A stretch of 64,000 nucleotides of DNA from the NCBI GenBank assembly GCA_002428565.1, contig DIXA01000036.1, positions 5,321 through 69,320 of the forward strand, given 5' to 3'. Within the stretch, counting starts at the first letter, position 1. The number at the start of each line of letters is the position of its first letter. Under the pieces are notes generated by a model. The model was not told the DNA's origin. It saw nothing but the letters and a program-made list of their open reading frames with translations, and did no database searches. Below are positions 58,201 through 64,000 of this stretch, one piece after another. The position numbers and the translations under genes were made by a program. The stretch is from Anaerolineales bacterium UBA6092. Lineage in GTDB: Bacteria; Chloroflexota; Anaerolineae; Anaerolineales; UBA4823.

Positions 58201-60262
58201 ACTCGTCAAGGCTGGCAAAATCGATGGCGATCCTTTCTGCTTTTCCAAGCTCATTTTGGGTCGGGCAATGCGAGTCATAAGAATTGCCTGATCGCAAAGC
58301 AGTCAGTTGCTCTTTGATCTTTGTCTTCAGCCCTGGAATGTCATCTGCCGAGGCAAAGAAAAGCCCCTGGTAAGGCATTAATTCATGATCCTGGTTCTTT
58401 ACCATGGGTCGATCTGGCGAAACGCTTGGAGTGGTGTTTTCGTCTTTGGCCAAAGTTCCTTCGGTTGGGGTTGCGCCGTTATCCAATGCCTCTGTGACAA
58501 AGCCAACCACTTTTGCCAGCGTGTTGTAATCGGACAGTTTCAAGTCTTCCCGGCGCGGGATGCCATAATTGGCGCGCACCGCGGCAAACAATTCGGCTTG
58601 CTTAACCGTATCAATGCCAAGGTCAGCTTCCAGGTCAAGGTCCATCTCGAGCATCTCAACCGGGTAACCCGTCTTCTCACTGACCGCGGTCAAAACATAC
58701 TGTTCGACCGCCTCTACCTCCACACTGGCAGACGAGTGAATTTCTGTCATGTCATTCGATGCGGGTGGCGCCTCTGAAAGGCTTCTATCTGTCACCGTTT
58801 CAATCCTTTCCGGCAGAGAAAAAGAAGCCGCAGCCTTCCCTGACACCCCGGGGAAGTATTCTTCCAGAACGACGTGGAAGTTCGTGCCCCCAAAGCCAAA
58901 CGCGCTCACCCCCGCAAAACGATAATGGTTGCTCTCCACTTCCCATTCCTGGGTGGTATTGAGCACGCGAAATGGCAGGTTAGCAAAATCAAGATTGGGG
59001 TTTGGCCTCTCAAAATTGACCATGGGGGGCAAGGTTTTATGGTGTAAAGCCAGGATGGTTTTCAATAATCCGGCCGCGCCGGCTGCGCTTTTGAGATGCC
59101 CAATATTGGATTTCACGGAACCCAGCACAACGCTGTTCCTTGTCAGCCCCAGCGAGCCAAAGATCGCATTCAAGCTGTTGACTTCGGCTGCATCACCAAC
59201 TTTGGTAGATGTTCCATGTCCTTCCACCAGGCCTATCGCTTCTGGATTGACCTGGGCATCTTGCCAGGCGCGAGTGATCGCCAATTGCTGCCCCAGAGGG
59301 TTAGGAGCGGTGATCCCTTTGCCTTTGCCGTCTGAGCTGCCGCCAATCCCTCGAATCACTGCGTAGATCTTGTCGCCATCCCGTTCGGCGTCTTCGAGCC
59401 GCTTCATGAGGAAAGCGACCGCGCCTTCTCCCATCACAAATCCATTTGCGCCATCCGCGTAAGGCCGCGATCCATCGGGGCTAAGCGCCCCAATTTTGCT
59501 GAATTTGATGTAAGTTTCTGGCCCCATGTGGCGATCGATGCCGCCGGTGAGCACGGCATCAAATTTTTTCTCGAGCAAACCCTGGCAGGCGATTTGAACC
59601 GCGGCCAAAGAAGACGCACACGCCGCATCGACAACGAAATTGGGGCCGGTGAAGTTGAATACATTTGCCACACGACCGGAAATAATGTTGGATAATTCGC
59701 CTGGCATCGTATCTTCCGTGATCGCCGGCGATTTGGCGCGGATGTTTTCCGTAAACCCCTGGATCAACTCATCTCTGGATGATTCCGGAAGGTGCTTGAA
59801 TTCGGGGATATCTCGAAGCGCCTGGAGATATTCAGGCAAAAGGATTCTGAAAGTGGAGCGATATTGATATTCGCCGGCGTTGGCGTTGCCGAAAATGACC
59901 GCCACCCTTTCGGGATCCAGCTTCCGTTCGGGGTAACCAAAACAATTCAACGCTTGCTGGCTGACCGCGATGGCCCAGTGCTGCGTTTGGTCCATCTCAG
60001 CCAGCACTTTCGGCGGAATCGCCAGCCCATTTTTCAGAGGATTGAACTGGTAATCGCGCACGAATGCGCCAATCTTCGAATAGGTCTTATCGATGGCAGA
60101 ACGATCGGGATCGTAATATAGATCGATGCGCCACCGGTCTGCTGGCACTTCGATCACGGAGTATCTGCCCTGGATGATATTGTTCCAAAAGGTGGGAACA
60201 TCAAAGGCATCGGGCAAAACTGCGCCCAAGCCAACAATTGCGATCATTTTTCCGTTGTTCAT
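52280..60262 (-). CDS. PfaA-like iterative type I megasynthase, KS-CP-AT-KS-CP-KR-DH
   Basis: The start was set at ATG 60262 (GGAGGC upstream; MNNGKMIAIVGLG). Motifs in order: KS1 DAACASS (Cys codon 59618-59620), HGTSTKVGD and NIGH. Carrier-like LEADLGIDTVKQAELF. AT GQGSQ, GHSLGEY and HAFH. KS2 NDACATT, SHETYTP and GFTGHS. A second LEADLGIDTVKQAELF. KR GATGGITGA...YSAAN. DH HTINGTPVLPG. Confidence 0.9.
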   Translation of the reverse strand: MNNGKMIAIVGLGAVLPDAFDVPTFWNNIIQGRYSVIEVPADRWRIDLYYDPDRSAIDKTYSKIGAFVRDYQFNPLKNGLAIPPKVLAEMDQTQHWAIAVSQQALNCFGYPERKLDPERVAVIFGNANAGEYQYRSTFRILLPEYLQALRDIPEFKHLPESSRDELIQGFTENIRAKSPAITEDTMPGELSNIISGRVANVFNFTGPNFVVDAACASSLAAVQIACQGLLEKKFDAVLTGGIDRHMGPETYIKFSKIGALSPDGSRPYADGANGFVMGEGAVAFLMKRLEDAERDGDKIYAVIRGIGGSSDGKGKGITAPNPLGQQLAITRAWQDAQVNPEAIGLVEGHGTSTKVGDAAEVNSLNAIFGSLGLTRNSVVLGSVKSNIGHLKSAAGAAGLLKTILALHHKTLPPMVNFERPNPNLDFANLPFRVLNTTQEWEVESNHYRFAGVSAFGFGGTNFHVVLEEYFPGVSGKAAASFSLPERIETVTDRSLSEAPPASNDMTEIHSSASVEVEAVEQYVLTAVSEKTGYPVEMLEMDLDLEADLGIDTVKQAELFAAVRANYGIPRREDLKLSDYNTLAKVVGFVTEALDNGATPTEGTLAKDENTTPSVSPDRPMVKNQDHELMPYQGLFFASADDIPGLKTKIKEQLTALRSGNSYDSHCPTQNELGKAERIAIDFASLDELAHRLEKTLAAFENESPVTWKAMQPHGVYRGGGKPGKVAFLFPGQGSQYVNMLLDLRDTEPLVRETFDEADRVMTPLLGRPLTSFIYTDGSDEELKQAEQELKKTAITQPAMLTADIALMRVLNKYGVYPDMVMGHSLGEYAALVSAGVLTFAQALEVVSARGREMSKFNMGDPGSMAAVSAPLEKVEQVIQSIDGYVVIANINSPLQSVLGGSSEAIDLAISKFTTEGFQAVKVPVSHAFHTKIVASASEPLRSVIARMTVQKPQLPIVANVTGELYPSEREEILDILARQVASPVQFVKGMQTLYREGARVFIEAGPKRVLNALAQDNLKDHEDVTIIATNHPRKGGKASFNEALCGIYAAGVPAAEPMQSSDRADQPGEQPAQVNGVRSQVVGDDGTLPITGSVVITGLGLGLPGRKNHVFGDDNFERILRGDMRIESLSDHSRRAILDKHVTRLVKSDAGAVMEEITDLDQVLKFAGQAGEFDLVDEFGIPEEKVDSLDISSKLAIAAGIEALRDAGIPLVMSYRRTTKGSWLPDRWKLPESMRDDTGIIFGSAFPGLNRVVEEAGHFYEAKILESQLQEVRSLIQSLSASCENGPLPLLDELHQRAEALEAKIKEVDYHFDRKYIFRVLSMGHSQFAEYIGARGPNTHVNDACATTTHAVSVAEDWIRTGRCRRVVVIAGDDVTGENSLAWVGSSLFASGAATTEGDLRLAATPFDRRRNGLIMGMGAAALVIESEDAARERGVRGLGEILSTHTANSAFHGTRLDTQHVSEVMDRLLQTAESRFGIHRQSIAHETVFMSHETYTPARGGSASAEIRALRYCFGNAANQVIVANTKGFTGHSMGVGIEDVVAIKALETGIVPPIANIQEGFEPDPELGDLNLSKGGVYNPQYALRLGAGFGSQIAMTLVRKIPGVGERVDRQRYTGWLSAVSGHDHAETELVKRTLRIKDQGVPTRDPRSASWHYGQVPTLWVMSDSVRQPSVHETRATTPSLLPAKVEVQEPVAQAVIPAPQAAINPEKEAIQQHVLAEVSEKTGYPVEMLDLDLDLEADLGIDTVKQAELFAAIRTHYGIPRREDLILADYNTLDRVIAFVEENLGAQNKPVIKEAHPKTIDSPKPAVPSPVGSESITAQADAVLAFRAPTLVMIPKVELCSGTQVHLADREVVIVANSAKVSHALSKKLKAMKAIPVVVDPMSAVEKIDQLAKAGNLEGVYYLTALDETINWKALTPETWVQQRAQSLNPLFELAKVLPESAFLIGATAMGGLLGLLNSENPLGGLISGFIKALRHERPGQLIKVIDFPSARKEANVADALIKETLHDPVTTEIGYDDVSRYAVSLREVHSEGITQVALPRNGVFVVSGATGGITGAVLLDLARATQGSFFLLGRTPLPSQDDQDIDMVKADRNAYRVELQKRLHEKGEKATPVQLDQRVMALERAAAMLEVMEAIRASGGRANYIVCDVTDQRSIEAAVHEIERATDHVDTLIHAAGVEKSRKIESKTSAEFEQTISVKADGFYFLLSTLEKGKLLPGSVVFFSSVAGRFGNAGQTDYSAANDLLSKFSAWLPNAYPGMGAISIDWGAWAEVGMASRGNIPMLMERAGIEMLKPAAAAPMVRAALQLGLSGEYVVAGSLGTLEAACSGDCGVDVQAANEALRQGKPIHKMFSRLTSFSIDQGIRLEADLDPTQVAYLRDHTINGTPVLPGVMGIEGFSVAAKHIASVLGSNNGVFDVEHMENIQFLSPFKFYGNKTRTIQWNAVAYRKPEGIKLEVTLESDIARRNGEVEHSLHFSGNVFLISGEQKSKRVVAPPKWSEKDIVSSREIYNLYFHGPSFQVLESAQAANGSLLGKFNKKLVKVGVDDPSLLTTPLLIEMCFQTAGLYEVGATGTLALPQSVGTLKIFKQPINGVAIYAEVKPHLHGETYSFDARVVDAKGDVFLEMTDYRTSAFPYPAEQQLVAPLKKLVTASNP

Positions 60263-60506
60263 GTTTTTAGCCTCCAAAGCCAATTTTAGGTAATAGAAAT
60301 ACCTTCCATCAGGAGCGGGCTTGCCTCCCGGGACTAGAATGCGGCGCTTGCTTGTCAAGAATTAGGGTTTACTTAATTTGATAGTGTCACATCAGGTTCT
60401 TTCTGGGCGCAAAAAGCGGTAGGGATGTGCGTTTTGCGCCGATCAGATCCTTTCAGCATTTCTTCGAGCCTGGGCAATCGAATATCTCTGAGTTGCCTTT
60501 TGAAGT

Positions 60507-60992
60507 TCAATTGACTCGAATGATCTCTTTTCCTTTTTCAACTTGCTCGCCTGCTTGATACAGCACAGAAACCACAGTACCGGCGCTGGCTGTGCGCAAT
60601 TGCATTTGCATTTTCATCGACTCGAGTACAGCCAGGGTTTGATCCTGCTCGACGACATCGCCTACTTTCGCCAAAACGCTGACCAACACACCGGGCATGG
60701 GCGCGGTAATTGTTCCGACCTCTGCCCTTGCGGCTTGATGGCGGACGCGTTTTTGCGATGTTTTTACTTTTGCCAACACGCGTTGGCCTCCGACGAGGAT
60801 TTCAAGATGATCTCCATCGAGAGAGTTCAGGTGGAGTTCCATCGACTTCTTGCCGCGCTGCAATACATGCAAGCCCAATTCATTGATTGGCCTTAAATCT
60901 CCTGAGACTGGTTTGCCGTTTACTTTGAGGTGGCGTCCATCCAGGTGAACGTTGTATTCGTTTTTGCCGATGGTTATGTAGTACAAAGACAT
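60507..60992 (-). CDS. biotin carboxyl carrier protein
   Basis: C-terminal biotinyl domain with LESMKMQMQL (the MKM biotinylation lysine). Confidence 0.8.
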   Translation of the reverse strand: MSLYYITIGKNEYNVHLDGRHLKVNGKPVSGDLRPINELGLHVLQRGKKSMELHLNSLDGDHLEILVGGQRVLAKVKTSQKRVRHQAARAEVGTITAPMPGVLVSVLAKVGDVVEQDQTLAVLESMKMQMQLRTASAGTVVSVLYQAGEQVEKGKEIIRVN

Positions 60993-61010
60993 TCTTCCTC
61001 CTCTTCCTTG

Positions 61011-62489
61011 TCACATCTGCTCAGACCATGCGGTCTGTAACCAGGTATTTGTGTTTTCATCCTGAGGAAGTACTTGAACTTCGCGCTGCTGGTGGGTAAA
61101 TAAAGCCGCCGCTAAAGCAACTGCTTTTTCTAGCTCAACATCTTGATGCGCGGGCGGCAGCTTCACCTTTTCGAGATAAGTGGTATCCACATCACCTTCC
61201 ACAAATTTGGCACTGGTGATCAGTTGCTTCAGGAATTCCAGGTTGCTGCAAATGCCACCCATTTGGAATTCATCCAAGGCGCGCAGTAAACGCTGGATGG
61301 CGGAATGGCGGTTTTCTCCCCAGGCAATTATTTTGGCCAGGAGGGGGTCATAATCTACAGTGATTTCAATCCCTGGATACAGGGCGCTGTCAACTCGAAT
61401 GCCGGGGCCGCCCGGTTCTCTTAAGTAACTGATCGGGCCTGTGGAGGGCAAGAAATCCCTGGCGGTATCTTCGGCAAGCACCCTGGCCTCAATGGCTGCC
61501 CCGCGGATTTCCACCTGCCCCTGTGCGAGCTCCAGGGGGTGCCCAAGCGCAATCATCAATTGTTCCTTGACCAGGTCCAACCCGGTGACCATTTCAGTAA
61601 CCGGGTGCTCTACCTGGATGCGCGGATTAACCTCGATGAAGTGGAAATTGTTTTGCTTGTCCAGCAAAAATTCTACTGCTCCGAGGCCCCGGTATTTCAG
61701 GCTGCTTCCCAGCTTTTGCGCGGCCTGGCACATGCTGGCGCGGATCGATTCTGGCAGGCAAGGCGCCGGTGATTCCTCGATCAATTTTTGATGGCGGCGT
61801 TGAATCGAACACTCCCGTTCGCCCAAACAAACCACCTTGCCCTGACCATCTCCGATGATCTGGACTTCAATGTGACGCGCCTGTTGAACCATCGATTCGA
61901 GAAAGACACTGTCGTTTCCAAATGCAGCCAGGGCTTCTTGCCGCGCCGCCTCAATCACTTGCGGCAGCTCTTCTGCCGATTTTGCGAGACGAATGCCGCG
62001 CCCGCACCCGCCAACGGAAGCTTTCACTAACACCGGATAGCTAACCTGATAGGCCATCTCAACCGGGAGCTCCTGCGGGAGCGGTTGGTCTGATCCCGCG
62101 AGCACGGGCAAGCCGGCTGCGAGAGCCGCCTGACGAGAAGCCAGTTTATCTCCCAACAAGGCGAGGGTTTCCCAGCGGGGCCCGATGAAAATCATGCCAT
62201 GCTCTTCAACCGCTTTACAAAAAGCGCTGTTCTCAGATAAAAACCCATATCCTGGGTGGATCAGACTCGCATTGGTCTTTTTTGCTGCGGCGATGATCTT
62301 TTCAGCATCCAAATACGAGGATCGATCACCAATCAAGACCGCTTCATCGGCATAACGGAGATGTAAGGCGAGCTGATCGGAATCGGTATAAACTGCAACC
62401 GTGGGAATCCCTAATTCGCGGCAGGCGCGCAACACTCTTAGAGCAATCTCCCCTCGGTTTGCAACCAACACTTTTTTGACGTTTTCCAT
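61011..62489 (-). CDS. accC: biotin carboxylase subunit of an acyl-CoA carboxylase
   Basis: KVLVANRGEIALRV, ATP-grasp GGCGRGIR, EVNPRIQVEHPVTE, and a C-terminal extension of about 45 aa. Confidence 0.9.
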   Translation of the reverse strand: MENVKKVLVANRGEIALRVLRACRELGIPTVAVYTDSDQLALHLRYADEAVLIGDRSSYLDAEKIIAAAKKTNASLIHPGYGFLSENSAFCKAVEEHGMIFIGPRWETLALLGDKLASRQAALAAGLPVLAGSDQPLPQELPVEMAYQVSYPVLVKASVGGCGRGIRLAKSAEELPQVIEAARQEALAAFGNDSVFLESMVQQARHIEVQIIGDGQGKVVCLGERECSIQRRHQKLIEESPAPCLPESIRASMCQAAQKLGSSLKYRGLGAVEFLLDKQNNFHFIEVNPRIQVEHPVTEMVTGLDLVKEQLMIALGHPLELAQGQVEIRGAAIEARVLAEDTARDFLPSTGPISYLREPGGPGIRVDSALYPGIEITVDYDPLLAKIIAWGENRHSAIQRLLRALDEFQMGGICSNLEFLKQLITSAKFVEGDVDTTYLEKVKLPPAHQDVELEKAVALAAALFTHQQREVQVLPQDENTNTWLQTAWSEQM

Positions 62490-62515
62490 GGTCGGGTTTC
62501 CCTAAGGTTGAAAAA

Positions 62516-64000
62516 CTACAGGGGGATATTTCCGTGCTTGCGCTTTGAAACCGATTGACGTTTATCGCGTAAAACCTCAAACGCCTGGATCAATCGCGCA
62601 CGGCATTCTTCGGGTTGGAGGATATCGTCCAGGTATCCACGAGCGGCAGCCACAAGAGGGGTGGCCAGGTCTTGGCGATATTTTTGGATAAGCTCCTTTT
62701 GACTGGTATCTCGGTCTTCAGCAGCCTCGATCTCTTTGCGAAAGACGATATTCACCGCGGCTTCGGGGCCCATGACGGCGATCTCTGCGCCTGGCAGCGA
62801 GAAATTCATATCGCTGCCCAAATGCTTAGAACTCATCACGATATAGGCGCCGCCATAGGCTTTGCGTAAGATCAGTGCCACCTTTGGAACCGTTGCTTCT
62901 GCGTAGGCATAGATCATTTTGGCGCCGTGGCGGATAATGCCACCATATTCCTGCTCAGCGCCAGGCATAAACCCCGGTGTGTCAACCAGGGTAAGCAAAG
63001 GGATGTGGAAGGCGTCACAAAACCGGATAAACCTTGCGCCCTTATCGGAGGCATTGATATCTAAAACGCCTGCCAATGTGTCTGGTTGATTGGCGACCAC
63101 CCCGACGGTGTGACCATTGAGATGCATGAATCCAATCACCAGGTTGGTGGCATAGCCGCTCTGAATTTCCAGGAATTCTCCGTTATCGGCAATGGCCTCG
63201 ATTACTTGCAGAACATAATAGGGCTGTTGAGGGTTTTGGGGGATCAAATCGGCAATTTCGGCGGTGAGGCGGTTTGGATCATCACCCGACGAAACCGTTG
63301 GCGGAGCCATTAAATTGTTTGAAGGTAAAAAGGATAACAACCAGCGCACATTTTGTAATAACGACTCTTCGTCGACGGCGGTGAAGTGGGCCACCCCGCT
63401 GCGGCAGCGATGCACCTCGGCGCCACCCAGCTCTGTGGCACTGATATCCTCATGGGTAACTGTGCGCACCACTTCAGGCCCGGTGATGAACATGTGAGCA
63501 TTGTTCTCAACCATGAACACAAAATCAGTGATCGCCGGGGAGTAAACGGCGCCTCCCGCACAGGGGCCAAGAATGATCGAGATTTGGGGAATAACACCCG
63601 AAGCGCGCACATTGCGGTAAAAAATATCGCCATAACCGGCTAATGCATCCACTCCCTCTTGAATACGGGCGCCGCCCGAATCGTTCAACCCAATCACGGG
63701 GGCGCCATTTTGCAGCGCCAGGTCCATCAGGTGGGCGATCTTTTTCCCATGCGCTTCTCCCACCGAGCCGCCCATCACGGTGAAATCTTGCGCAAAAAGA
63801 TAGACGGTGCGCCCATCGATCTTCCCCCAGCCGGTCACCACGCCATCTCCATAGGGATGGCTTTTTTCCATGCCAAGGCCAACGGCACGATGCGTTGTGA
63901 ACATGCCAATTTCCTGGAATGTTCCAGGATCCAGTAATTTTTCAATTCGTTCCCTGGCAGTGGCTTTCCCTTTTGCATGTTGAGCTTCAATCCGCTCTTT
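62516..64000 (-). CDS. acyl-CoA carboxylase carboxyltransferase subunit (PccB/AccD5-like); 5' end lies outside the window
   Basis: The frame stays open to the window edge (KERIEAQHAKGKATARERIEKLLDPGTFQEIGMF...). Later come DSGGARIQEG and a duplicated crotonase-like CT fold. Confidence 0.85.
   Translation of the reverse strand, partial: KERIEAQHAKGKATARERIEKLLDPGTFQEIGMFTTHRAVGLGMEKSHPYGDGVVTGWGKIDGRTVYLFAQDFTVMGGSVGEAHGKKIAHLMDLALQNGAPVIGLNDSGGARIQEGVDALAGYGDIFYRNVRASGVIPQISIILGPCAGGAVYSPAITDFVFMVENNAHMFITGPEVVRTVTHEDISATELGGAEVHRCRSGVAHFTAVDEESLLQNVRWLLSFLPSNNLMAPPTVSSGDDPNRLTAEIADLIPQNPQQPYYVLQVIEAIADNGEFLEIQSGYATNLVIGFMHLNGHTVGVVANQPDTLAGVLDINASDKGARFIRFCDAFHIPLLTLVDTPGFMPGAEQEYGGIIRHGAKMIYAYAEATVPKVALILRKAYGGAYIVMSSKHLGSDMNFSLPGAEIAVMGPEAAVNIVFRKEIEAAEDRDTSQKELIQKYRQDLATPLVAAARGYLDDILQPEECRARLIQAFEVLRDKRQSVSKRKHGNIPL

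Overview
High-GC bacterial chromosome segment. Spot counts on 60-nt lines give about 65% GC in most genes, about 53% in the right-hand 14 kb, and about 35% in one orphan ORF. Lipobox signal peptides, Pro/Thr-rich linkers and many secreted beta-propeller and beta-helix proteins suggest a Chloroflexota-like organism (low-confidence inference). Left to right: the glgA 3' end, a membrane protein, two tandem DUF970 (c-di-AMP receptor-like) genes, yihY, an RNA/DNA methyltransferase, an unusually long and densely structured intergenic region (about 4.45-5.07 kb), an APH-type kinase, an esterase, a low-GC orphan and an intact comM. Then come about 40 kb of cargo. It holds three beta-propeller lipoproteins, two GNATs, a MalT-like regulator, arsC-surE, a cyanophycin/beta-Asp-dipeptide uptake locus under GntR control, a SARP/AfsR-type regulator, and giant secreted beta-helix and YVTN proteins. 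This cargo is punctuated by two decayed copies of the comM 3' end and by a roughly 275-bp repeat family. The window ends with a more AT-rich PfaA-like megasynthase cluster (PfaD enoyl reductase, Sfp-type PPTase, 2,660-aa KS-CP-AT-KS-CP-KR-DH synthase) and a dedicated three-gene acyl-CoA carboxylase. Four observations stand out. (1) Tandem comM-3'-end remnants with conserved junction sequences look like serial insertion into comM, yet no recombinase is visible. (2) The junction repeat family has a covarying hairpin. (3) The roughly 620-nt intergenic element has repeated hairpin modules and a closing helix. (4) Both carrier-like domains of the megasynthase carry Thr where the phosphopantetheinyl Ser is expected. 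No rRNA, tRNA or CRISPR array was seen. All functional calls rest on motifs read from the translations; no database search was possible.
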